DNA of 64,000 bases from an uncultured Actinomycetes bacterium. Lineage in GTDB: Bacteria > Actinomycetota > UBA4738 > HRBIN12. The translations under genes and the position numbers were made by a program. This document shows, piece by piece, positions 36,427 through 45,195 of the stretch. Under the pieces are notes generated by a model, which was not told the origin of the DNA, searched no databases, and saw only the letters and a list, made by a program, of their open reading frames with translations. The stretch lies in NCBI GenBank assembly GCA_963785835.1, contig CAWAWO010000004.1:204706-268705 (forward strand). Direction: 5' to 3'. Each line of letters starts with the position of its first letter. The first letter of the stretch is position 1.

Positions 36427-37545
36427 GTGCAGGACGCCTTCGCCGAGGCGCTCCGCGTCTGGCCCGAGCGGGGGGTCCCGGAGAACCCCGGCGCGTGGAT
36501 CACGGTGACGGCCCGCAACCGCGCGATCGACCGACTCCGACGCGATCGCGTGCTCCGTGAGAAGACCGCCCAACTCGGCGCGCTCGAGGAGCTCGGGGGA
36601 GACGAGACCGACGTGAGCGGCATCCCCGACGACCGTCTCCGGTTGATCTTCACGTGCTGCCATCCCGCCCTGCCGATGGAGGCGCGCGTCGCCCTGACGC
36701 TCCGCACGATCGGCGGGCTCACGACCGAGGAGATCGCGCGGGCGTTCCTCGTGCCCGAGACCACGATGGCGCAGCGACTGGTGCGCGCCAAGCGCAAGAT
36801 CCGCGACGCCGCGATCCCCTACCGGGTCCCCCCGCCCGAACTGCTCCCCGAGCGGATGCCCGGAGTGCTGGCGGTCCTCTACCTCGTGTTCACCGAGGGC
36901 TACGCGGCCACGTCGGGCCCGCTCACGCGGTTCGAGCTGTGCGACGAGGCGATCCGGCTCACCCGACTGGTGACCGAGCTGATGGCGGCCGAGCCCGAAC
37001 CCCGCGGGCTGCTCGCCCTCATGCTGCTCCAGCACTCGAGGCGAGGGACCAGGCTCTCGGCGACGGGCGAGCTCGTCCTGCTCGAGGATCAGGATCGCGC
37101 TCGTTGGGACCACGACATGATCGACGAGGGCCTCGCCACGCTCGAGGGGGCGCTGTTGGCGCGGCAGCCGGGGAGCTATCAACTGCAGGCCGCGATCGCC
37201 GCGTTGCACGCCCGAGCGCCGAGACCGGAGGACACGGATTGGCCGCAGATCGCCGCGCTCTACGGCCGCCTGGCCGAGATGTCCCCGTCGTCGGTGATCG
37301 AGCTGAACCGCGCGGTGGCCGTCGCGATGGCAGACGGGCCCGAGCGTGGACTTCGACTGGTCGACGCGCAAGCCGGCGAGCTCGACGACTACCACCTGTT
37401 CCATTCGGCGCGGGCGGATCTGCTCCGGCGGCTCGGACGGATCGACGAGGCCGTCCTGGCCTACCGGCGGGCGCTCGATCTGACGACGAACGCGCGCATG
37501 CGGGCGTTCCTCGAACACCGCATCGCCGAGCTCACGACCCGCTGA
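36427..37545 (+). CDS. ECF sigma factor with C-terminal TPR-like extension (ECF42-type); N-terminus unresolved
   Basis: Sigma2 (AFAEALRVWPERGVPENPGAWITVTARNRAIDRLRR), sigma4 (ALTLRTIGGLTTEEIARAFLVPETTMAQRLVRAKRKI) and a helical extension of about 200 aa. The conserved sequence VVDRLFRAEQGRAVATLIRILGEFDLAEDAV continues upstream in frame to 36295, immediately after the TAG of the DGPF gene, with no ATG/GTG/TTG in between. Confidence 0.85.
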   Translation: MQDAFAEALRVWPERGVPENPGAWITVTARNRAIDRLRRDRVLREKTAQLGALEELGGDETDVSGIPDDRLRLIFTCCHPALPMEARVALTLRTIGGLTTEEIARAFLVPETTMAQRLVRAKRKIRDAAIPYRVPPPELLPERMPGVLAVLYLVFTEGYAATSGPLTRFELCDEAIRLTRLVTELMAAEPEPRGLLALMLLQHSRRGTRLSATGELVLLEDQDRARWDHDMIDEGLATLEGALLARQPGSYQLQAAIAALHARAPRPEDTDWPQIAALYGRLAEMSPSSVIELNRAVAVAMADGPERGLRLVDAQAGELDDYHLFHSARADLLRRLGRIDEAVLAYRRALDLTTNARMRAFLEHRIAELTTR

Positions 37546-37575
37546 TCGATCAGAGGGCTTTCAGAGGCTTGGTAC

Positions 37576-38430
37576 ATGGTCGGAAAGAACCGGGCGTGGC
37601 TGGGACATGTCCGCGAAGGCATCGAAGCCCACGAGCGGGCCATCCGGCTTGCGAGGGCGGCGGGAGACCGGACGACCGAGGCACAGACCCTCGGGTGGAT
37701 GGCCCTCGCCCTGCCTTCGGGGTCCATGCCGGCGAAAGAAGCCCTCGAGCGGATCGACACGATCCTGGCGACCAGTACGGACCGCCGCGTTCAGGCCGAT
37801 GCGAGCCTCGCTCAGAGCCAAGCCTCCGCGTTCCTGGGCGACCTGGACGGGGCGCGCACGTCGATCGGGCGGGCGCGCTCAATCATGCTGGACTTGGGTC
37901 TCAGGACCGACGCCGCAGGTGGGCGCATGTTCCTCGGCTGGTTGGAGATGGTCGCCGGGGATCTCAACAAGGCGGCCGACGAGCTGCGGACGTGCTGCGA
38001 GGAGCTGGAGGAGCTCGGTGAGACGGGCTATTTCTCGACCGCTGCGGGCTGGCTTTCCGTGGCGCTTGCTCGCCTGGGAGATCCGAACGAGGCCGACCGG
38101 TACGCGGGGCTCAGCCGGGAGGCTGCGGCCGATGACGATTGGCTCTCGCAGATCGGCTGGCGGATTGGCAGGGCACGAGTCCTCACCCAACGCCGCGTGC
38201 TCGACGAGGCCGAGCGGCTCGCTCGAGAGGCCGTCGACATCGGACGGCGGACCGAGTTCCTGTACGACACCGGTGTGGCTCTGTCGGCTCTCGCCGATGT
38301 GCTCCACGCGGCGGGGCGTCCAGAGGAGGCCATAACCGCGCTCGAGGAAGCCTTGGGCCTGTTCGACCGCAAGGGCGACGTTCCCGATTCGGCTCGGATC
38401 CGGGAGGCCCTCGCCGAGCTCCGCGGCTGA
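37576..38430 (+). CDS. stand-alone TPR-like helical-repeat protein
   Basis: 284-aa ORF with good GC3. The sequence resembles the C-terminal TPR module of large actinobacterial ATPase/LuxR/cyclase-type regulators. No N-terminal domain is present. Confidence 0.6.
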   Translation: MVGKNRAWLGHVREGIEAHERAIRLARAAGDRTTEAQTLGWMALALPSGSMPAKEALERIDTILATSTDRRVQADASLAQSQASAFLGDLDGARTSIGRARSIMLDLGLRTDAAGGRMFLGWLEMVAGDLNKAADELRTCCEELEELGETGYFSTAAGWLSVALARLGDPNEADRYAGLSREAAADDDWLSQIGWRIGRARVLTQRRVLDEAERLAREAVDIGRRTEFLYDTGVALSALADVLHAAGRPEEAITALEEALGLFDRKGDVPDSARIREALAELRG

Positions 38431-38433
38431 CGG

Positions 38434-38928
38434 CTACAGGTCCTTCACGAGATAGGTCATCACCGAGCCGACCGCGATCGGTCCCTCGTCCCCCTCCAGG
38501 TTCGCACTCGACACGTACGGACCGTGGGCGTGCCGGTACCCGAGATGGTCGTACAGCGCGCGAGCGGGGGCGGCGTCCTCGTCGAGGGCGACCGAAAGCC
38601 CGACGACGCGCATGCCGTGCCCGCTCGCCGCCCCTTCGAGCTCGGTCATCATCGCGGTGGCGACGCCGAGACGTCGTCGGGGACGAGCGACGAACACGTC
38701 ACGCACCTCGGCGCAGCCTTCGCGAACCGCGGACGCCGAGTACTCGTCGTGCTCGGGGAACAGCACCATCCCGCGCCCGACCGGTGCGTCGCCGATCCAC
38801 GCGACCGTCTGGACGAGCTGGTCGCGGGATTGCGCTCGCAACCGGCGCACGTACTCGACGGCGCTCCACAGCGGGAGCCGCCCGTTCAGCGTCTCGAGGT
38901 CCGCCTCGTCGAGCCGGCGGACGGCGAC
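38434..38928 (-). CDS. GNAT-family N-acetyltransferase; start codon unresolved
   Basis: VAVRRLDEADLETLNG...QLVQTVAWIGDAPVGRGMVLF...RDVFVARPRRRLGVATAMM...ALYDHLGY. The first canonical in-frame start is GTG 38850, but the typical beta1/alpha1 sequence continues in frame up to the trpB-like stop. Confidence 0.7.
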   Translation of the reverse strand, partial: VAVRRLDEADLETLNGRLPLWSAVEYVRRLRAQSRDQLVQTVAWIGDAPVGRGMVLFPEHDEYSASAVREGCAEVRDVFVARPRRRLGVATAMMTELEGAASGHGMRVVGLSVALDEDAAPARALYDHLGYRHAHGPYVSSANLEGDEGPIAVGSVMTYLVKDL

Positions 38929-38929
38929 C

Positions 38930-40309
38930 TCAGCCGATCGGCACCTCCGGGACGCCCGCCAGCGCCAGCTCCTCGGCCGCCGGATCGAACTCGACCTCGG
39001 GCAGACGCGCGTTCAGGTAGTCGTCGTACGCCTGCATGTCGAAGTGCCCGTGGCCCGAAAGACCGATCAGGATCACCCGCTCCTCGCCCGCCTCGCGCGC
39101 CGCGAGCGCCTCGTTCACCGCGCCGCGGATCGCGTGCGCCGACTCCGGCGCGGGGATGATCCCCTGCGACTTGGCGAAGAGCACGGCGGCCTCGAACACC
39201 TCGTTCTGCGAGTACGCCGCGGCCTCCATCTGCCCTTCCTTCACCAGCAGGGACAGCGACGGCGAATCGCCGTGGTATCGCAGGCCGCCCGCGTGCACCG
39301 GCGCCGGGACGAAGTCGTGTCCGAGCGTGTACATCGGAAGCAGCGGCGTCATCATCGCCGTGTCGCCGAAGTCGTAGGCGAACTTGCCCTTGGTGAGCGT
39401 CGGGCACGCGGCAGGCTCTGTCGCGAGGAACCGCATGTCGGGCGTCTCCCCGCGAAGGCGTCCGGCCATGAACGGATAGGCGAGGCCGCCGTAGTTCGAG
39501 CCACCGCCGACGCAGCCCACGACCACATCGGGGACGTCGCCTGCGAGCTCCATCTGCCGCTTGGCCTCGAGACCTACGACGGTCTGGTGCAGCAAGACGT
39601 GGTTCAGGCAGGACCCGATCGAGTACTTCGTGTCCTCGTTGGTCGCGGCGACCTCGATCGCCTCGCTGATCGCGATCCCGAGCGAGCCCGTCGAGTCGGG
39701 ATGGGCCTCGAGGATCCCCTTGCCCGCCTGGGTGGTCGATGTCGGCGAGGGCCGCACCTCGGCACCGAACGTCTCGATGAAGATCCGGCGGTACGGCTTC
39801 TGCTCGTAGGAGGCCTTGACCATGAACACGAGGCAGTCCAGGTCGAAGAAGCTGCACGCCATCGCGAGCGCGGATCCCCACTGCCCGGCCCCCGTCTCGG
39901 TCGAGATGCGCTTCGTACCCGCTTGCTTGTTGTAGAAGGCCTGGGCGACGGCCGTGTTCGGCTTGTGCGACCCCGCGGGCGAGACCCCTTCGTACTTGAA
40001 GTAGATCCGGGCCGGCGTGTCCAGCGCCCGCTCGAGCCGCGTCGCCCGTTGGAGCGGGCTCGGCCTCCACAAGCGGTAGACGTCGATCACCTCGCCGGGG
40101 ATGTCGATCCACTCGTCCGTCGAGACCTCCTGCAGGATCAATGCCTCGGGGAACAGCGGCGCGAGCAGGTCCGGTGTGACGGGCTCCTGCGTCCCGGGAT
40201 GGAGCGGCGGCAGCGGCTGGATGCCGGCCTGCGCCATCACCGGCAGCAGGTTCTGCCACGCGGTCGGGATCTGATCGGGCGAGAGGTCGAAACGGGTGCG
40301 CTCGTTCAT
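38930..40309 (-). CDS. TrpB2-type tryptophan synthase beta-like PLP enzyme (stand-alone)
   Basis: 459 aa with [32 protein letters not shown] and [20 protein letters not shown]. Confidence 0.9.
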   Translation of the reverse strand: MNERTRFDLSPDQIPTAWQNLLPVMAQAGIQPLPPLHPGTQEPVTPDLLAPLFPEALILQEVSTDEWIDIPGEVIDVYRLWRPSPLQRATRLERALDTPARIYFKYEGVSPAGSHKPNTAVAQAFYNKQAGTKRISTETGAGQWGSALAMACSFFDLDCLVFMVKASYEQKPYRRIFIETFGAEVRPSPTSTTQAGKGILEAHPDSTGSLGIAISEAIEVAATNEDTKYSIGSCLNHVLLHQTVVGLEAKRQMELAGDVPDVVVGCVGGGSNYGGLAYPFMAGRLRGETPDMRFLATEPAACPTLTKGKFAYDFGDTAMMTPLLPMYTLGHDFVPAPVHAGGLRYHGDSPSLSLLVKEGQMEAAAYSQNEVFEAAVLFAKSQGIIPAPESAHAIRGAVNEALAAREAGEERVILIGLSGHGHFDMQAYDDYLNARLPEVEFDPAAEELALAGVPEVPIG

Positions 40310-40389
40310 GGCGCTACCTCCTGGGCCGAGGGAAGCAGAGCGCCGAGCCTATCCGGAAGCACCGCCCCAGCGCCAGCGCGCGAGGCCGG

Positions 40390-41886
40390 TTAGCTCTCGG
40401 GCACCCACATCATCGGGTATGCGCGGGAGCGGTAGTCGTGCGGGGCCTCTATCCCCGTCACGTGCCAAGCCCTCGGCGCCATCAAGGCGTCCGCCTCGGC
40501 CGGGCCCCAGCTCCCCTGCTCGTACGTGCGGATCGGTGACGGAGCATCGAGGATGGGCTGCAAGATCTCCCACGCCCGCTCGACGCCGTCCTGGCGGATG
40601 AACAGCGAGTGATCGCCTCGCATCGCCTCACAGATGAGGAGCTCGTACGCGTCCGAGATCTCCGACCCCGCGAAGTCCTCCGCGTAGTCGAACTCCATCG
40701 CCACCCGTTCGAGATGCATGCCCCGTCCAGGACGCTTGGCGTTGAACGCGATCGTGATGCCCTCGTTCGGCTGGATGCGAACCGTGAGGTGGTCGCGCAT
40801 CGGCAGCTCCGTATCCGAACCCCTGAACACGTTGAACGGCACCTTCCGGAACTTCAGCGTGATCTCGCTCACCTTGTCCGCGAGGCCCTTCCCCGTGCGG
40901 AGGTAGAACGGGACACCCGCCCATCGCCAGTTGTCGAGGTCGAGCTCCATCGCGGAGAACGTCTCGGTGGTCGAGTCGGGAGCGACGCCGGCCTCGTCCC
41001 GGTAGCCCGCGTACTGCCCCCGGACGACGCGATCCGGGCTCGAGATCTCGGTCGAGCGAAGCGCCTTCACGGTCTCGTCCCGGAGGCGGTTCGGGGCGAA
41101 GGACACCGGCGGCTCCATCGCCACGAACGTCATCACCTGGAACAGGTGCGTCGAGACCATGTCGCGGATGTTCCCCACCTGCTCGTAGAACGCGCCGCGG
41201 CCCTCGATGCCGATCTTCTCGGCGACCGTGATCTGCACGTGGTCGATGTAGCGCCGGTTCCAGATCGGCTCGAACATCCCGTTCGCGAACCGGAAGGCCA
41301 GGATGTTCTGCACGGTCTCCTTGCCGAGGTAGTGGTCGATCCGGAACACCTGCGACTCGTCGAAGACCGAGTGGATGACCCTGTTCAGCTCGCGCGCGCT
41401 CTCCAGATCGCGCCCGAACGGCTTCTCGAGCACGATCTTCGAGTTCTCCTGGAGCCCGGCCTCACCGATGCGTCGGACGATGTCTCCGTAGACGGCGGGC
41501 GGGACCGCGGCGTCGTAGATCCTTCGCCCCTCGGTGCCGAACTCCCCGTCGACCTTCTCGAGGTGCGTGGCGAGGTGGTTCATCGCCCCGTGCTCGGCGA
41601 ACTCACCGGTGCAATAGGACAGACGGCGAGCGAACTCGTCCCAGGCCTTCCCATCCGGCGGCTCGTCCGAGAACTGCTTGATGTTGTCGAACGCGTACTC
41701 GCGGAACTCCACGTCCGTCATCGGCGATCGCGCGTAGCCGACGAGCGCGAACCCCGTCGGCAGCATCCCCTCGTGCCAGAGGTGCCAGAAGGCGGGGAGC
41801 AGCTTGCGTTTCGTGAGGTCGCCGGACGCACCGAAGATGACCACGGCCTGCGGCGCGATCTCCCTCGCGCGCGACGGCACCTGCAT
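40390..41886 (-). CDS. zwf: glucose-6-phosphate 1-dehydrogenase
   Basis: IFGASGDLTKRKLLPA, EKPFG and RIDHYLGKETVQN. ATG 41886 overlaps the TGA of the upstream gene by 1 nt. Confidence 0.9.
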   Translation of the reverse strand: MQVPSRAREIAPQAVVIFGASGDLTKRKLLPAFWHLWHEGMLPTGFALVGYARSPMTDVEFREYAFDNIKQFSDEPPDGKAWDEFARRLSYCTGEFAEHGAMNHLATHLEKVDGEFGTEGRRIYDAAVPPAVYGDIVRRIGEAGLQENSKIVLEKPFGRDLESARELNRVIHSVFDESQVFRIDHYLGKETVQNILAFRFANGMFEPIWNRRYIDHVQITVAEKIGIEGRGAFYEQVGNIRDMVSTHLFQVMTFVAMEPPVSFAPNRLRDETVKALRSTEISSPDRVVRGQYAGYRDEAGVAPDSTTETFSAMELDLDNWRWAGVPFYLRTGKGLADKVSEITLKFRKVPFNVFRGSDTELPMRDHLTVRIQPNEGITIAFNAKRPGRGMHLERVAMEFDYAEDFAGSEISDAYELLICEAMRGDHSLFIRQDGVERAWEILQPILDAPSPIRTYEQGSWGPAEADALMAPRAWHVTGIEAPHDYRSRAYPMMWVPES

Positions 41887-42221
41887 CACGCCTCTCCGTC
41901 CAGCGACGGCCCGACCTCGATCCATGCGTCCACGACCCGGACCGCGTATACGGGCACGGGATCCACGGCGGGCCCGGCCAGCGGCTCGCCGGTCGCGAGG
42001 TCGAACTCGCACTCGTTGCACGGGCAGATCACGGAGTCCTCCTGCCCGCCGAACGCCCCCTCGGCGAGCGAGCACCCCTCGTGCGTGCATTCGTCCGCGA
42101 ACGCGAACAGCTCGTTCTCCACGTGAGCGATCGCCACCCGGAGGCCTGGCAGGTCGAACGAGCGGAGCTCACCTTCGGGCACCTCGGCGAGCGAACCGAC
42201 ACGCCGATAGTTCTCGTCCAC
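41886..42221 (-). CDS. small Rieske-like [2Fe-2S] domain protein with atypical box II
   Basis: 111 aa from GTG 42221. Box I is CTHEGC. Box II reads CPCNEC where Rieske proteins have CPCH/CPxH. It is followed by FDLATGEPLAGPA. Confidence 0.75.
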   Translation of the reverse strand: MDENYRRVGSLAEVPEGELRSFDLPGLRVAIAHVENELFAFADECTHEGCSLAEGAFGGQEDSVICPCNECEFDLATGEPLAGPAVDPVPVYAVRVVDAWIEVGPSLDGEA

Positions 42222-42298
42222 GTTCGCATCTTCGCCCAGGCGGCGTCGTTGGTACAGCCCGGGCTTCGGAGCGGCGAGTCGTGTGTCGATCCGTCGCG

Positions 42299-42988
42299 TC
42301 AGCCCGTCGCGTCCGGCCGTGCTACCGCGTCCTGCGCACCCGATGCCACCCTCGTGACGGCCGACCACAAACGCTGCACGAGCGTCACGGCGCCGAGCAC
42401 GGTCAGGACGGCGAGTGCCGGCAGGAGCGCTCCCGGCACCGGCAGGCCGATCATCATCGCGACGTAGCGTTCGAGCCGCTGGAAGTAGCCCTCGGTCAGG
42501 GCGACGCCCGCGGCCTCGGCCTCGGCCCTGACGTGGCTCACCCCCAGCGCGATGACGAGCGTGGCGAGCGCCAGCGCGGCCTCCAGTCGCAGCTCCTGGC
42601 CCGCGAGCGCCCAGTACAGGCAGCCGAACAGGATCACGTCGGCGATCCGGTCCAGGACCGAGTCCAGGAACGCGCCGGCGCGACTCTCCTGGCCGCGGAG
42701 CCGCGCGACCGCGCCGTCGAGGATGTCGCACAGGCCCGCGGGGATCAGCAGCAAGCCGCCGAGGAGGAACGAGCCGCGCAGCAGCAGCACGCCGACCCAG
42801 ACGTTCATGGCGAGCCCGAGGAGCGTGAGGTGCCACGGCCGGAAGCCGGCGCGGTAGACACCGGCCAGGAGGACGCGGTACGGCCAGCTGAAGACCCACC
42901 GCATCGGCTTCGCCGCGAGCCCCTCGGCGCTTCGAGGAGCCGGCATGTCGCGGATCCGCGCCCGATCGCCGGAGGCGTCTTCGCTCAC
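42299..42988 (-). CDS. CDP-alcohol phosphatidyltransferase family protein
   Basis: Motif DILDGAVARLRGQESRAGAFLDSVLDRIAD (D-G-x2-A-R...G-x3-D-x3-D) plus multiple TMs. Confidence 0.85.
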   Translation of the reverse strand: MSEDASGDRARIRDMPAPRSAEGLAAKPMRWVFSWPYRVLLAGVYRAGFRPWHLTLLGLAMNVWVGVLLLRGSFLLGGLLLIPAGLCDILDGAVARLRGQESRAGAFLDSVLDRIADVILFGCLYWALAGQELRLEAALALATLVIALGVSHVRAEAEAAGVALTEGYFQRLERYVAMMIGLPVPGALLPALAVLTVLGAVTLVQRLWSAVTRVASGAQDAVARPDATG

Positions 42989-43041
42989 ACGTTGCAGGCT
43001 AACGCCGTGAGCAAGTGCCCGCAGCCGGCGGCCCGGCTGCC

Positions 43042-43575
43042 TCAGGTGCGCGGTTCGAAGCCCACCACCTGATAGCGGAACGCTCCGCCGGGCGCTTCGT
43101 AGGTGATCTCGTCGTTCAACCGAGCTCCGAGCACGGCCGTTCCGAGCGGGGACGTGGTCGTGATCGTCCTGACGCCGGGCGCCCGTTCCTCCGCCGACTC
43201 GGCGAGCAGGTACTCCTCGTCCTCGGGCTCGTCGTCGTCGAGGGGACGCAGCGTCACGAGCATGCCGGCGGCGACGACCTCGGATTCCGGCGGCGTCTCG
43301 ACGATCTCGGGGTCGCGGAGCATCCGCTCGAGGTTCCGGATCCGCGACTCCATGAGCGCCTGCTCGTTCTTGGCCGCGTCGTACTCGGCGTTCTCCCGGA
43401 TGTCGCCGTGCTCCCGAGCCGCCTTCAGCCGCTCCGCGATGTGCGTCCGGCCCTTCGTGGTCAGCTCTTCGACCTCCGCCTTCAGGCGGAGGTAGGCGTC
43501 CAGCGTGAGCGTGGCGGTCGGGTCGTGACCGGGCTTGCGGGGTGGGCGGCTTGCAAGCTCTTCGGGCAGTTCCAT
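43042..43575 (-). CDS. greA: transcription elongation factor GreA
   Basis: 177 aa with EHGDIRENAEYDAAKNEQ and C-terminal SPLGTAVLG...GAFRYQVV. Confidence 0.9.
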   Translation of the reverse strand: MELPEELASRPPRKPGHDPTATLTLDAYLRLKAEVEELTTKGRTHIAERLKAAREHGDIRENAEYDAAKNEQALMESRIRNLERMLRDPEIVETPPESEVVAAGMLVTLRPLDDDEPEDEEYLLAESAEERAPGVRTITTTSPLGTAVLGARLNDEITYEAPGGAFRYQVVGFEPRT

Positions 43576-43632
43576 CAGACGGGCGAGCCTACCAACTCCC
43601 CGCCGGCACCCCCTGCGCTACGGTGTCCCGCC

Positions 43633-45168
43633 ATGGGACGAGCCTTGCGGACGCGCGACCGCAACGAAGCGTCTCCGCCGAGATCAGAGACCCCTCGTGT
43701 TCCGACGTGGGGGTGGATCGCCTCGTTCATGGTCGTGGCCGCCGCGCTCCGTCTGTTCGAACTCACCCAGCAGGCCCTGTGGTTCGACGAGGCGTGGACG
43801 CACGCGTTCACGACGGCACCGTTGGCTCGCATCCTCAGCGTCTCCCAGCCGATCGACCAGGGGAATCCGCCGCTCTACTACGCGGTACTGCATCTTTGGA
43901 CCTCGGTCGCGGGAGACGGCGACTGGGCGTTCAGGTTCCCGTCGGTGGTGTTCGGGGTGCTCACCGTGCCCGTCTCGTACCTCCTTGGGAAGGAGATCGG
44001 AGGCCGAGCCCTTGGGCTGGCGGTCGCGGCACTGACGGCCGTGTCGCCGATCAACATCGAGCACTCGCAGCAGGCGCGCGGGTACGCCCTGCTTGCCCTG
44101 TCCGCCACCCTCGCCATGTGGGGGCTCGCCCACCTGCTCGCGCATCGGGCCGACGCGGACCGGTGGATCGGTTCGAGCTTGCGTGGGCCCCGCGACACGC
44201 GTCGCGTTCACCGCCGAACGGACCTCGCGTGGTTGGGGGTCGTCGTCGGCACCGCCGTGGCTCTGCTCACGCACCACACCGCGGTGCTGCTGTTCGGGGC
44301 TCTCAGCCTCGTCGTCGCGATCGTGTGGATGCTCGAAGGACGACCTCGCGCTCGGTTCTTCGCGAACTGGCTCGTCGCGATGGCTGGGGTGGTCGTGCTC
44401 TGGGGACCGTGGATCCCGAACTTCCTCCGGCAATCGACGGCGGTCTACCGGGACTTCTGGATCCCCTTCCCGGGGCCGTACGACGTCGCGGTCGCTGCCA
44501 AGCACCTCGTTTCCGGGTGGACACCGCTCGCGATCGGCGCCGTTTCGGTCTGCGTCGCAGCCGTGCTGGCGTTCGCAGCGTTCCACTCGTGGCGACGACA
44601 GCCCGTGTGGATCGTCTTCGTCGTATGCCTCTCGCTCGCGGTCCCGCTCGGTGAGCTCGTCGTCAGCCTGTGGCGCCCGGTCTTCCGGCCACAGACGTGG
44701 ATCTGGGCGGCCGTCCCTGTGTCGATCGCGGTCGCGAGGGGAGCGCTCGTCCTTCCCCGACGATGGGTCGCTCCCGCGCTCGGCACGATGATCATCCTGT
44801 CGCTGTCCGGCTACGTGAACCATCAGTTGCGCTACCAGGAGCCGGCCTGGGACGTCGTCGCGACCCGGATCGCGAGCGATGGCGTGCCGAACGACGTCGT
44901 CGTGGCGCCCGAACCGCTCATCGAGCCGGTCGTCGCCCGGTACCTCGGCTCGACCTACTTCGGAGCGACCGATCCCCCCGTCGTCGAGGTGTTCGAGCCC
45001 GGTGACCTGCCCTCAGCGGTGGCCGGCCGAGATACGGTTTGGATGCTCTGTCTGTCGCCCTGTACGGGGAACCCTCTGGAGGTCGTCGAGGGACTCGGCG
45101 CCGAGTGGAGTCTGGCCGAACGATTCTCGGTTCCGCGAGCCGAGGGCTGGCTGTTCGTCCGTGCCTAG
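43633..45168 (+). CDS. GT39/PMT_2-type (ArnT-like) membrane glycosyltransferase
   Basis: ATG 43633. LWFDEAWTH first-loop motif, PPLYYAVLHLW, RFPSVVFGVLTV. Polytopic with a C-terminal soluble region. Confidence 0.8.
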   Translation: MGRALRTRDRNEASPPRSETPRVPTWGWIASFMVVAAALRLFELTQQALWFDEAWTHAFTTAPLARILSVSQPIDQGNPPLYYAVLHLWTSVAGDGDWAFRFPSVVFGVLTVPVSYLLGKEIGGRALGLAVAALTAVSPINIEHSQQARGYALLALSATLAMWGLAHLLAHRADADRWIGSSLRGPRDTRRVHRRTDLAWLGVVVGTAVALLTHHTAVLLFGALSLVVAIVWMLEGRPRARFFANWLVAMAGVVVLWGPWIPNFLRQSTAVYRDFWIPFPGPYDVAVAAKHLVSGWTPLAIGAVSVCVAAVLAFAAFHSWRRQPVWIVFVVCLSLAVPLGELVVSLWRPVFRPQTWIWAAVPVSIAVARGALVLPRRWVAPALGTMIILSLSGYVNHQLRYQEPAWDVVATRIASDGVPNDVVVAPEPLIEPVVARYLGSTYFGATDPPVVEVFEPGDLPSAVAGRDTVWMLCLSPCTGNPLEVVEGLGAEWSLAERFSVPRAEGWLFVRA

Positions 45169-45195
45169 CCTGCGACCCCAGGAGTCAGCCGGCGC

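Noticed and set aside
43040-43075. GGTTCGAAGCC, a tRNA T-arm-like string
   Set aside because: It lies inside the well-supported greA coding sequence, and no acceptor or anticodon stems can be drawn around it.
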